Of a stretch of 64,000 nt of DNA, positions 17,000-34,230 are shown piece after piece. Each line of letters starts with the position of its first letter. Positions within the stretch are counted from its first letter, which is position 1. Below the pieces are notes generated by a model. The model was not told the origin of the DNA, searched no databases, and saw only the letters and a program-made list of their open reading frames with translations. The position numbers were made by a program, and so were the translations under genes. Source of the DNA: the human T2T-CHM13v2.0 reference genome, Homo sapiens; NCBI RefSeq assembly GCF_009914755.1, contig NC_060931.1; one strand, written 5' to 3'.

Positions 17000-18142
17000 T
17001 CAAATTCTCATTAATTCTAAAACAGAAAAGAGAAACTTTGCAGTGGAGTGGCCCGGTAGACATACACTGCATCAAGTGAGCATCATCAGTGTTGGGACGA
17101 ATCAAAGATAACAGCCTCACTTCTATGACATTTCTGCCAAATATATGCATACTCGTGGGGAGATATCAGACAATCCCAAATCAAGGGGCGTATTATGACA
17201 TAACTATTCTTTAATCAACACAGTTGTCAAGTTTGTGAAAGTCAAGGCCAGACAGAGGAACCGTTCCAGATTAAAAGAGAATAAAAAGACATAACAACAA
17301 AATGAAACACATAATTCTGAATTAGATCCTTTTCTGATGAAGGCAGCTATTAGAGCAAATGGCAAGACTTGTACAGATCTGGGGATTAGGATATAAATGT
17401 CAATTTCTTGATTTTGGTCATTGTATGAGGTTTTGTAGAATTATCCTTTTTTTGGGCAAGAAACATATGCTGAATTATTGAAGGGTGGGTGGATTACGGG
17501 CATCATTTTGGCAATTTATCTCAAATGATTCTGGAAAAAATGTTCTTTATATTATACTTGCAACTTTGCTGTAAATTTCAGATTGTTACAATATAAAATA
17601 TATGTTCTCCAAAATTATTTTTTTTCCGGCAACACTGTGGACTAGATGTCCCAAGAAAACCCTCTTAGTGTAAGATACTTAAAATGCAGAATATAAAACA
17701 AAAGGAAACAACTTCTTAAAAGCATGGCTGAGCAGGAAGTATAAAAGGGAAACAGAGACCAGAATGTCAAGAAGGCATGATTCCCCAGGAGTAAGTGAGC
17801 TCTGGATCTCTAGTTTGCCCTAAGATTACCTTGTGCCCTAGACCCTTGGCTTTCCATGTCCATGCAAGGAAAGAAAACAAAGATAGCTTAGTGCCCAGAA
17901 AGGTAAGAGGTCTGATTAGAGACTTGAACCTGCTAAGGGTGAAAGAAAACTTCCCCACAGAATGAGACTGGCATGCTTTGGTTTTAGCTAAGTGTACAAT
18001 GGAACAGTCCTTGAAAAAAAAAAAATTCCCAAGAATTCTTAATCACCACCTATAGGTTTGAGGCTGGGATTCACAGCATCTGTGTGATCTGAAAAACTCC
18101 AAGCTGAACATTGAATTGAGAGTGATCCTGGTTGAAGTGTTA

Positions 18143-18763
18143 TGTCTTAAGCCAGGTTTTGTAAAATATAGAACCTGAAGCAAGGATTTAAAGAGCTGAG
18201 ACTTTATTTGGGAAGTGCAACCCAGGGCAGCTGGAATGAGGGAGAGGGAGCTGAGGTAGGGGAGGAGGGAAGCCATGCAGTGAACTCTCACTGCTCTGCC
18301 CACTACCCCATGGTGAAGGTGGCAAGCCCCAGCAGGTGCTCAGCATGTCAGATGCCTCCAGTTAGGCTGTGCAGAGTAGCTGACTCAGAGCAGTTAAAGG
18401 GAAGGAGGAAGGGACAAAGATCTATGCACCTGGCTCCTCCCTAGACCCACTTCCTATTGGTCAAAATTAGCCTATGGGAAGGTGACTCCACCACACTTCC
18501 AGATTAAGTCATCTGGCCCCCTCAGCAGCTGTTTGGGATGCTGGGCCTGTGCTCTACATTGTAGTATTTCCTTTACATCTGGAAGTGGTGGGAAAAGCCA
18601 GAAGCTCTACATGTGTGGCTGACGGTCTATGCCATGTGACAGTAATGAAAGGGAGGCCCTGGCACACAGCAGGCAAGTACTGGTCCAGCCCTAGATGTGG
18701 CAGCATGGTCCAGGAGGCAGACAAGGGAATCTGAGAAGGTACGAACAATCTGGGTCACATACA
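18143..18763 (-). mobile_element. ERVL LTR (LTR16-family-like), 3' LTR of a fragmented provirus
   Basis: TG...CA ends. tttatttggga is the reverse-complement poly(A) signal near the left end. It is followed by a pyrimidine-rich (reverse PPT-like) junction into internal sequence. Confidence 0.55.
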
Positions 18764-19160
18764 GTCTCCTCCTGTCAACCACTCCAATCTAATCATGCTC
18801 TCATTTCAGGTTCTGTTACTATAATAAGGAGTCTTCCTTTTTATTTTCATGAGAACAGGGCATGCTAATTTCTTTTCAGAGAGGAGAGGAGTAAGCCCAG
18901 TTAGATACAGAGTTCTCTTCAAACTGGTATCCCATTGTGATGCCTGGGAGGATACAAGGCATGAGTAATAGTCCAGCTACTGTGATGGGTCTTGATGTTG
19001 TATTTTATATTCTCCATCTTTGCTTCACCTCCACCACCACTCCTTGTGGATTCCCCTTGTGCTTGGTCAGCAATTAAGCTGGTTTGGATTGCTTGCCTAA
19101 TGTATGGGTCCAGACTTTCATGTGAACTTTTAGCTGTTCTGCCCTTCTTGGGTTGTGGTT

Positions 19161-19596
19161 TGTAGCGGATAGCGTTGGTGTCCTCTCTAGGTAACCTCAG
19201 CATTCACCTCTACTTTCTGAAGGCTGCATACTGTGAACATCTGCATGCTCTATGTCTGAAGGCTTTTTTCTTTGGATGCAGGCAAAGAACAAGCTAGAGT
19301 ATTAGACAGTGAATCCCCTGGAAGCAGCCCTGAACCACTGGTGGACCTGGAGATGATGTAGAATTACCCACCTTCCTCACCTTTGGGCTTATTATGTTCA
19401 CACTGACTGCCAGAGTTGCCCAGCAGGAGTGAGCTCCAGTTGCCTACAGTGATAAATTAGTTGATAATACTGGCTTTCTCCACCTCCTACCTTGCTGCTC
19501 ACTTCCCTATTGAAGTTTTCTGGGCTTATTCCCAAATAAACTAATTGCACTCAGATCCTTGTCAGGGTTAGTTCCTGCTTTACCCAAGTTCAGACA
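19161..19596 (+). mobile_element. LTR16-family solo LTR
   Basis: tgtagcggata...gaagcagccctgaacca...gagctccagttgcctacagtg...cccaaataaactaattgcactc...cagaca. Confidence 0.7.
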
Positions 19597-19949
19597 CATT
19601 TGCTATAATTGCTCCTGAATAGTTAATACTAGGCTTTGTAGCACTATGAGACACCCCAGTGAATCCCCAGCATTCAGACCTACTCATTCCTGCTCCCTTG
19701 TGGAGTGCAGCCCTAGTTCCTCATGGGTGTCAGTATCAATGACCACCAACTTTACAGTGACTCATTTGCCTGCTGAACACTAAAGAGTTCGTTGGCAACA
19801 TTGTAGCTGCAGCTTTCAGCTCAGTGCAGCTCTTACTGACTCTACTCCCCCTCTCTAAGAAAGCCAATACCTGTAACCCTTCAGAGTCCAAATTTGGAGG
19901 CCAAATTCCTCAAATGGGTTATCGGGTGTAATTACGAGAGGGCTGCTTC

Positions 19950-20230
19950 TTTTTTCTTTTTTCTGAGACGGTGTCTCACTCTGTCACCCAGGCTGGAGTG
20001 CAGTGACATGATCTCGGCTCACTGAAACCTCCACCTCCCAGGTTCAAGTGATTCTCCTGCCTCAGCCTCCCGAGTCGCTGGGATTACAGGCACCTACCAT
20101 CACGCCCAGCTAATTTTTGTAGCGACAGGGTTTCTCCATGTTGGCCAGGCTGGTCTAGAACCCCTGACCTCAAATGATTCGCCCGCTTCGGCCTCCCAAA
20201 GTGCTGGGATTACAGGCGTGAGCCACCGTG
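19950..20230 (-). mobile_element. AluSx/Sz, lacking ~7 nt at its 5' end and part of the middle A-rich linker
   Basis: Alu body with ctcaaatgattcg. TSD gagggctgcttct (19938-19950) / gagggctgttttt (20231-20243). Confidence 0.95.
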
Positions 20231-20380
20231 GAGGGCTGTTTTTAATTTCCACCCTTTGGTTACTGGATTGGACTGGTTTTCTTGTGATGAGCGACTAAAA
20301 TGTATTGGACTTTTGGTTTAATTCTAGCCACTGGAAACTAGGTTATATAATTTGTTAACTCAATGCATATGTTTCATTCT

Positions 20381-23300
20381 GTTTTTGAGAAATAGATTCG
20401 GGGGGTACATGTGTAGGTTTGTCATATGGGCATATTGTGTAATGCTGGGGTTTGGAATTCTATTGAATCTATCACTCAGATAGTGAACATAGTACTCAAT
20501 AGGTGGTTTTGGACTCCTTTTGGAGTCTCCAGTGTCTATTTTTTCCATCTTTATATCCACGTGTACCCTTTGTTTAACCCTCATCTGTAATAAGGTGGTA
20601 TCTGATTTTCTGTTTCTGCATTAATTCATTTAGACTAATGGCCTCCAGCTGCATCCAGGTTACTGTGAAGGAAGTGATTTCATTCTTTTTTATGGCTGTG
20701 TAGTATTTCACAGTGTATATGTACCACATTTTCTTTATCCAGGCCATCTTTGATGGACACTTAGGTAGATTCCTTGACTTTGCTATTGTGAAATGCTGCA
20801 GTAAACATGCAAGTGCTCTTTTTGGTAAAACTTCTTTTCCTTTGGGTATGTACCCAGTAGTGGGGTTGCTGGATTGAATGGTGGTTCTATTTTTATGTGT
20901 CTTTGAGAAATCTGCACACTGTTTTCCATAGGGGTTGAACTAATTTACATTTCCACCAACATCCTCAATAAAATTTGTTATTTTTTGACTGTTTAATAAT
21001 AGCCATTCTGACTGGTCTGGATGGTATGTCATAGTGGTTGTAATTTGCATTTCTCTGATTAATGATGTTGAGCATTTCTTCATATGTTTGTTGGCTGCCA
21101 TGTATGTCTTCTTTTGAGAAATGTCTGTTCATGTCCTTTGCCCACTTTTTAGTGTTTTTTTTTCTTGTTGATTTATTTAAGTTCCTTATAGATTCTGAAT
21201 ATTAGGCCTTTGTCAGAAGCATAGTTTGCCAATATTTTCTCCCCTTTGGTATGTGTACTGTTTACTCTGTTGATAGTTTCTTTAGCTGTGCAGAAGTTAT
21301 TTAGTTTAATTAGGTTCCATTTGTTAATTTTTGTTTTCATTGCATTTGCTTTTGAGGACTTAGTCATAAATTATTTGCCTAGGCCAATGTCTAGGAGAAT
21401 TTTTCCTAGGTTTTCTTTTAGGAATTTTATAGTTTGAGGTCTTACATTTAAGTCTGTAATTTATTTTGAGTTAATTTTTGTGTATGGTGAGAGGTAGGGG
21501 TACAGTTTCATCTTTCTGTATGTGGCTAGCCAGTTTTCCCAGCACCATTTATAAAATAGGGTGTCCTTTCCACATAGTTTATTGTTGTTGGTTTTGTCAA
21601 AGATCAGTTGGTTGCAGCGTGTATGGCTTTGTTTCTGGATTCTCTAATCTGTTCCATTGGTCTGTGTGTCTTTTTGTACCAGTACCATGCTATTTTGGTT
21701 GCTGTATCCTTGTAGTATAGTTTAAAGTTGGGTAATGTGATGCCTCCGACTTTGTTCTTTTGCTTAGGATTGCTTTGACTATTCAGGCTCTTTTTTTGGT
21801 TCCATATGAATTTTAGAATAGGTCTTTCTAATTCTGTAAAAAATGACATTGGTAATTTGATAGGAATTACATTGAATCTGTAGATTGCTCTGGGTAGTAT
21901 GGTCATTTTAACAATGTTCTTCCAATCAATGAGCATGGAATGTTTTTCCATTTGATTGTGTCACGTATGGTTTATTTCATCAGTGTTTTCTAGTTCTCCA
22001 CATAGAGATCTTTCACCTCTGTGGTAAAATGTATTACTAGGTATTTTATTCTTTTTGTGGCTATTGTAAATGAACATGTGTTCTTAATCTTCTCAACTTG
22101 AACATGATTGGTGTACAGAAATGCTAGTCATTTTTTACATAGATTTTGTATCCTGAAACTTTACTGAAGTTGTTTATCAGGCCTAGTAGTCTTTTGGAGG
22201 AATCTTTAGAATTTTCTAGGTAGTAGAGTCGTGTTCTTGGTGAATAGAGATAATTTGACTTCGTTTCCTATTTGGATGCCTTTTATTTCTTTCTATTGCC
22301 TGATCGCTCTTACTAGGATTTCACTCCAATACCAAATAGGAGTGGTGAAAGTGGACACCTTTATCTTGCTCTAGTTCTTAGGGTTAATGCTTTCAAATTT
22401 TGCCCATTCAGTATGATGTTGGCTGTGGGTTTGTCATAGATGGCCCTTATTATTTTGAAGTATGTTTTTTGATGCCTGGTTTGTTGAGGTTTTTATCATG
22501 AAGATATTTTATCAAATGCTTCTTCTGCTGCATTTGAGATGATCATATGGTTTTTGTTTTCAATTCAGTTTATATGGTGAATTACATTTAGTAATTTGTA
22601 TATGTTGAACCATCCTTCCATCCTATAAAAAAACCCACTTGATAGTGATTAATTATCTTTTTAATGTGCTGATGGATTTGGTTTGCTAGTATTTTGTTGA
22701 GGATATTTTTTTTAGTAGCTTAAAGCAACATTTATTTTTAAATTTATTATTATTATTATACTTTAAGTTTTAGGGTACATGTGCACAATGTGCAGGTTAG
22801 TTACATATGTATACATGTGCCATGCTGCTGTACTGCACCCATTAGCTCGTCATTTAGCATTAGGTATATCTCCTAATGCTATCCCTCCCCCCTCCCCCCA
22901 CCCCACAACAGTCTCCAGAGTGTGATGTTCCCCTTCCTGTGCCATGTGTTCTCATTGTTCAATTCCCACCTATGAGTGAGAACATGTGGTGTTTGGTTTT
23001 TTGTCCTTGCGATAGTTTACTGAGAATGATGATTTCCAATTTCAACCATGTCCCTACAAAGGACATGAACTCATCATTTTTTATGGCTGCATGGTATTCC
23101 ATGGTGTATATGTGCCACATTTTCTTAATCCAGTCTATCATTGTTGGACATTTGGATTGGTTCCAAGTCTTTGCTATTGTGAATAGTGCCACAATAAACA
23201 TACGTATGCATGTGTCTTTATAGCAGCATGATTTATAGTCCTTTGGGTATATACCCAGTAATGGGATGGCTGGGTCAAATGGTATTTCTAGTTCTAGATC

Positions 23301-24160
23301 CCTGAGGAATCGCCACACTGACTTCCACAATGGTTGAACTAGTTTACAGTCCCACCAACAGTGTAAAAGTGTTCCTATTTCTCCACATCCTCTCCAGCAC
23401 CTGTTGTTTCCTGACTTTTTAATGATTGCCATTCTAACTGGTGTGAGATGGTATCTCATTGTGGTTTTGATTTGCATTTCTCTGATGGCCAGTGATGGTG
23501 AGCATTTTTTCATTTGTTTTTTGGCTGCATAATTGTTGAGGATTTTTACATCTATGTTTATTAGGAGTATAGGTCTGTAGTTTTCTTTTTTTTGTTGTGT
23601 CCTTGACAGATTTTGGTGTCAGGATGATACTGGTTTTGTAGAATGAGTTAGGGAGGAATCCCTCCTCTTTGATTTTTTTGGAATAGTTTCGGTAAGATTG
23701 GTATCGGCTCTCCTTTGTATGTCTGGTAGAATTTGGCTGTGAATCCATCTGGTTTAGAGCATTTTCTAGTTGGTAATTTTTAATTACTGATTCAATTTTG
23801 TAACTTGTATTGGTGTGTTCAAGATTTCAATTTCTTCCTGGTTCAATCTTGGTAGCTTGTACATTTCCAGGAATTTATCCAGCTCCTCTAGATTTTCTAG
23901 CTTGTGTACTTAGAGATGTTCATAGCAGTCTGGGAGGATCTTTTTTATTTCTGTGGTATCAGTTGTAATGTCACTTTTGTCATTTCTGATTGTACTTATT
24001 TGGATCTTCTCTTTTTTTTGTTGTTAATCTAGGTAGCAGTCTATCAGTTTTGTTTACCTATTCAAAGACTCAACTTTTTGTTTCCATTGTTAATCTTTTG
24101 TATGTTTTCTTTGGGTTTCAGTTTTATTTAGTTCTTCTCTGATGTTAGTTATTTATTTTC
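20381..24160 (-). mobile_element. Old L1 (L1PA15/16-L1PB-like), 3'UTR and ORF2 part
   Basis: 3' end ggggtacatgtgtaggtttgtcatatgggcatattgtgtaatgctgggg...gtgaacatagtactcaatagg. Degenerate ORF2 fragments (21173-21367, 21604-21951, 23434-23748). Confidence 0.9.
22706..23532 (-). mobile_element. 5'-truncated L1PA3 (~0.8 kb) inserted in the old L1
   Basis: 3'UTR cacccattagctcgtcatttagcattagg. Intact ORF2 C-terminus (22959-23513). TSD ttgttgaggat (22694-22704 / 23533-23543). Confidence 0.93.
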
Positions 24161-24175
24161 CTTTTTTATGATCAC

Positions 24176-24232
24176 CAGTCATTTATTATCATTTTCAAGT
24201 ATTATGTACTGAACATAATTGAATGTGCTATA
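24176..24232. mobile_element. Tigger3-like internal fragment (probable L1 3' transduction)
   Basis: cagtcatttattatcattttcaagtattatgtactgaacataattgaatgtgctata resembles recalled Tigger3 sequence. It lies between two T-runs. Confidence 0.6.
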
Positions 24233-24445
24233 TATATATTTTTTAATATTTAAATTCTGGGGTACATGTGCAGAACGTGCAAGTTTGTCACATAGGTATA
24301 CATGTGCCATGGTGGTTTGCTGCATCCATCAACCCATCATCTACATTAGGTATTTCTCCTAATGCTATCCCTCCTGCAGCCCCCAATCCGCTGACAGGCC
24401 CTGGTGTGTGATGACCCCCCCAACTTGTCCATGTGTTCTCATTGT

Positions 24446-28220
<3,775 letters not shown>

Positions 28221-28280
28221 GATGCTAGCTGGTTATTTTGCCCATTAGTTGATGCAGTTTCTTCATAGTGTCAATGGTCT

Positions 28281-29287
28281 TTACAATTTGGTATATTTTT
28301 GCAGTGGCTGGTACTGGTTTTTCCTTTCCATGTTTAGTGCAGTCAGGCCTGGTGGTGACAGAATCTCTCAGCATTTGCTTGTCTGTAAAGGACTTTATTT
28401 CTCCTTTGCTTATGAAGCTTAGTTTGGCTGGATATGAAATTCTGGGTTGAAAATTCTTATCTTTAAGAATGTTGAATATTGGCCCCCAACTCTCTTCTGG
28501 CTTGTAGAGTTTCTGCTGAGAGATCCACTGTTAGTCTGATGGGCTTCCTTTTGTGGGTAACCCAACCTTTCTCTCTGGCTGCCCTTAACATTTTTTCCTC
28601 CATTTCAACCTTGGTGAATCTGACAATTATGTGTCTTGGGGTTGCTCTTCTCGCGGAGTATCTTTGTGGTGTTCTCTGTATTTCCTGAATTTGAATTTTG
28701 GCCTGTCTTGCTAGGTTGGAGAAGTTCTCCTGGATAATATCCTGCAGAGTGTTTTCCGACTTGGTTCCATTCTCCCTGTCACTTTCAGGTACACCAATCA
28801 AATGTAGATTTGGCCTTTTCACATAGTCCTGTGTTTCTTGGAGGCTTCTTTTGTTTCTTTTCACCCTTTTTTCTCTAATTTTGTCTTCTCGCTTTATTTC
28901 ATTGAGTTGATCTTTGATCTCTGTTATCCTTTCCTGCGCTTGAGCGATTCAGCTATTGATACTTGTGTATGCTTCACAAAGTTCTCGTGCTGTGTTTTTC
29001 AGCTCCATCACCTCATTTATGTTCTTCTCTAAACTGGTTATTCTAGTTAGCAATTCATCTAACCTTTTTTCAAGTTTCTTCGATCCCTTGCATTCAGTTA
29101 AAACATGCTCCTTTAGCTCGGAGGAGTTTCTTATTACCCACCTTGTAAAGCCTACTTCCGTCAATTAGTCAAACTCATTCTCTGTCTAGTTTTGTTCCCT
29201 TGGTGGTGAGGAGTTGTGATCCTTTGGAGGAGAAAAGGCATTCTGGTTTTTGGAATTTTCAGCCTTTTTGCACTGGTTTCTCCCCAT
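28281..29287 (-). pseudogene. Disrupted L1PA7 ORF1
   Basis: MGRNQCKKAENSKNQNA start; YVKRPNLHLIGVPESD...AETLQARRE fragment (28463-28864); stops and frameshifts. Confidence 0.92.
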
Positions 29288-30046
29288 CTTTGTGGATTTA
29301 TCTACCTTTGGTCTTTGGCGTTGGTGACCTTCGGATTGGGTCTCTGAGTGAGTGTCCTTTTTGTTGATGTTGATACTATTCCTTTTCTGTTTGTTAGTTT
29401 TCCTTCTCACTGTCAGGCCCCTCTGCTGCAGGTCAGCTGAAGGTCCCTCCAGACCCTGTTTGCCTGGGTATTGCCAGTGGAGGCTGCAGAACAGCAAAGA
29501 TTGCTGCCTGTTCCATCTTCTGGAAGCTTTGTCCCAGAGGGACACCTACCAGATGCCCACCAGAGCTCTCCTGTATGAGATGTCTGTTGGCCCCTACTGG
29601 GAGGTGTCTCCCAGTTGGATACATGGGGGTCAGGGACCCACTTGAGGAGGCAGTCTGACCTTTAGCAGAGCTCGAACGCTGTGCTGGGAGACCCGCTGCT
29701 CTCTTCAGAGCCAGCAGGCAGGGACGTTTAAGTCTGCTGAGGCTGTGCCCACAGCTGCCCCTTCCCCCAGGTGCTCTGTCCCAGGGAGCTGGGGGTTTTA
29801 TCTATAAGTCCCTGACTGGGGCTGCTGCCTTATTTTCAGAGATGCCCTGCCCAGAGAGGAGGAATCTAGAGAGGCAGTCTGGCCGCAGCAGCCTTGCTGG
29901 GCTGTGGTTGGCTCCACCCTGTTCAAACTTCCTTGTAGCTTTATTTACACTGTGAGGGTAAAAGTGCCTACTGAAGCCTCAGTAATGGCGGACACCCCTC
30001 CGCCCACCAAGTTCAAGTGCCCCAGGTCGACTTCAGACTCCAAGAA

Positions 30047-30345
30047 TTTTTTTTCTTTTTTCTTTTTTTTTTTGAGATGGAGTCTCAATCTGTCGCCCAG
30101 GCTGGAGTGCAGTGGCGCAATCCTGGCCCAGTGCAACCTCTGCTGCCCAGTGATTCTCCTGCCTCAGCCTCCCAGGTAGCTGGGATTACAGGCGCTTGCC
30201 ACCACATCTGGCTAATTTTTGTAGTTTTAGCAGAGATGGGGTTTCACCATCTTGGCCTGGCTGGTTTTGAATTCCTGACCTCGTGATCCATCCACCTTGG
30301 CTTCCCAAAGTGCTGGAATTAAGGCATGAGCCACCCTGCCCAGCC
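30047..30345 (-). mobile_element. AluSg/Sc-like Alu inserted in the L1PA7 5'UTR
   Basis: T-tail and Alu body with ctcgtgatcc. Partial TSD agaattt on both sides. Confidence 0.94.
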
Positions 30346-30671
30346 TGGCAGTGAGAATTTCAAGCCAGCGGATCTTAGCTTGCTGGGCTCCTTGGGGATG
30401 GGATCGGTAAGCTAGACCACTTGGCTCCCTGGCTTCAGCCCCCTTTCCAGGGGAGTGAATGGTTCTGTCTCGCTGGCATTCCAGGCGCCACTGGTGTATG
30501 AAGAAAACCTCCTGCAGCTATCTCAGTGTCTGCCCAAAGGGCCGCCCGGTTTTGTGCTTGAAACCCAGGGCCCTGGTGGTGTATACACCCGAAGGAATCT
30601 CCTGGTCTGCAGATTGCGAAGACTGTGGGAAAAGTGTAGTATCTGGGCTGGATAGCTCTATCCCTCACGGC

Positions 30672-32353
30672 AGGTCTGGAGAAGTTTTATCTCTTTCTCC
30701 AGTGCTGTGCACTTCCCTCGGTGGAAATTATATTGGGTTGTGCAGTTCACGCTACCGGCCAGTAGGTGGCACTTATGGGTATGAACCAGCTGAGCGCTGT
30801 ACTATGCCGTCTGCTGAAGTTGTGATGGGCCCTGCAGGTTGACTTCCTGGCCTTTAAGTAGCGCTTGCAGGTGAGAGGCAATTGCAGTGATGGCAGTAGA
30901 ATTTTTTCTTGGCCTTGGTTGAACAGGGGAAGTACTGGGCTGTCCTTGGCGATGGGCAGGGTGTGGGGGTCTCAGGGATACCATTCTGTGCTCTGCTGAG
31001 AGCAGCTGGAGGGGGCAAAGCTGGATGTGGCTGGGTTGGGCAAGTCCATTATCAGCCTCTCTGAGGCCGACGTGAGCGCTGACCTTGGTGGAGGCATAGG
31101 GGTAGCTCTCAGGCTGGTAGGACAACCTTTCAGGAAGGGACGAAGAAGACCCTCCTGTGCCACAGAACTTGCTTAGGGGAAGAGAAGTGGACCGGGGTTT
31201 TCAGCCCAGCAGGCAGCCATGGGGCCCACACAGTTTATGCTCCCCTGATCCAGTGAGTCTCCCTCTCACATCTGGTCCAGCCAGCAAGCCTGACCAGCTA
31301 AGTTCATCCCAAGCTGTCTGCGCCCAGATCGCTGAACCCTACTGGGCATTCCAGGCTGCCAGACTCCCTGAGGGGGAACCTGCAGCTATCAGGCCATGCC
31401 TTTCCCCACCTGGCCTTGCAAAGGAAGGGGTGCCCAGCTCCCACACCACTGCATGAACCAGCACCACACTCTGTGTTCTGATAGTGGGGGCTCCTCCGCT
31501 ACTCAAGATCAGGCCACAACTGTTAACTCGATGCCCCTGGGCGATGTGCTCGAATCCTGGAGAATTGGGACCTGGCCCTTGGATTTGTCCTCTGGTCCCT
31601 TGGGGCCAAAGTAAAGCTGGGATGGGGGAAGTGAACTGCTGGCATGCTGCCAACACAACGCTTAGATGGGGCAGTGGAGGCTGTGCTGGGGGTATACTCC
31701 TGTGGGAGTGCCCAGGCAGATGGTCTTGGGAGGGCCAGCAGGCAAGGAGAAGTTTGATTCATCTGCACCTCATCGGCGACAGTGGCCGCGGGGTGTTTCT
31801 TAGGCCTGTGAGTGAGGTCGTACCCTGTTCTCTACTGGCCCAGCAGACAGCAGGAGCTGCAGTTGCTTAGTGCAGGATGGACGTCCAGAGCCTTAGTGGA
31901 TACGCGTCCAGAGCCTTACCAGATAGCCTCACTCTGGCCCCATGTTTTGCCACAAGCTGCCCAGCACAGCAAAGCCTTCTGGGCTCCATGCAGGTTCTCG
32001 CTGTGCCTCTCCATTTGTCTAGGCAACTCCCCCTGCCAATCCAAAGATCTGCAGGGGTCATGGGAACTCCTGTAGCTAGGACTCAGGGCTCCATGATGGG
32101 CATGTGGTGCCCTGCAGTGCCTTCATTTACCCCTTTCTTGGGTCCAGTCTGGGTTCAGGGGCAGGTCCTGGCACCTGGTGACAGAGCAGGCTGTCCCCCC
32201 TCCTTCCTCTTCAGCCACAGTGTCTGCATCACCTCTCTATTGACTTTCAGTGTTTTCTTTCAAAAGATCTGTTGGAGGTTTGAAATCTTACTTGATATTT
32301 TGGTTCCTCTTTGTGGAAGAGGTGCTTCTAGCTGCATCCGGTTGGCCATCTTG
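30672..32353 (-). mobile_element. Old L1 (L1PA15/16-L1PB-like) 5'UTR
   Basis: GC-richer long L1 5'UTR ending in gttggccatcttg (reverse of CAAGATGGCC, the YY1 / L1 5' terminus). Confidence 0.75.
30741..30772 (+). promoter_or_regulatory. Candidate CTCF site (core plus upstream motif)
   Basis: ccagtaggtggcac (30759-30772) matches CCASYAGRKGGCRS exactly; tgcagt at 30741-30746 lies 12 nt upstream. Confidence 0.55.
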
Positions 32354-32369
32354 TCTAATTTTGTGTTAC

Positions 32370-33330
<961 letters not shown>

Positions 33331-33629
33331 CTCTCTCCTTGATAGGAATCAGGGACCAGATGAGACTTACAGCATGGTTCTCTACAAGATATTCTTACTG
33401 CAAATTCTCTCTCCTTCATTTTCAACAGTCTGACCCTTTTTAATATTCAATATGGGTAGAGGGTGTAAGAGTAGTGAAACTACTTTTTAGTACCATGATA
33501 TTTTTTCTTGGTCTGGCATCTTACTTTGATAACTGTTATCTATCATCTTAGGATCTCAGGCAAAACTTCTATTTTAATACTCTGTTAAATGTGCATACTC
33601 TCACGTCTATCATCTCAGTCTTTAGATTT

Positions 33630-34230
33630 TCAAATATGCACAAGAAGATGTGCAAGGAACTTCACTGCAATGCTGTTTGCAATAGAAAAAAAGTTAGAAG
33701 AAAACAACCTAAGTAACACTAGATTAAAAAATGGACTAATAAACTCTAGTTATTCAAACAATGGAGTACTATACAATAGTGAAATTGAATGACTAGCTCT
33801 TAAAAACATAATACTGAGTACAAAAAGCAATTTAGATCCATATAGTATAATATCATTTATTTAAGCATTAGAAGCCCCACAGAAAACAATATATGGTGGT
33901 TTTGAATATATATATGTAAAATATTAAATATAAACATTGAAATATCAATTTCCAGGAAAAGGAGGGAAGAATAAAGAGTGGGTAAAAAAACTTACCCTTT
34001 AAAGAAGACGGAATGTGATTTTTGAACAATATTATAAAATCTTTACATTTAATTATTTAAATTTAATAAGTTAATAACAATACAATTAACATAAATTAAT
34101 ATAATTTCATAAATTAATTTCTTTAAATATTAAAGGATTGAATGTAATATCTTTATTTAATCTTGATAGTATTAAAAATAATTTTACAGTACTTTTGAAA
34201 TTATTCACAATTAATACACTTTAGAAAAAA
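33630..34230 (+). mobile_element. L1ME-like 3' relic grading into AT-rich low-complexity sequence
   Basis: gatgtgcaaggaacttcactgcaatgctgtttgcaatagaaaaa...caatggagtactatacaatagtgaaa. Confidence 0.6.

Larger units (their letters stand above)
18764..20375 (-). mobile_element. ERVL internal (ERV3-16A3_I-like) relic, interrupted
   Basis: Degenerate sequence contiguous with the LTR; similar sequence resumes at ~32670. Assignment is from recalled family resemblance. Confidence 0.4.
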
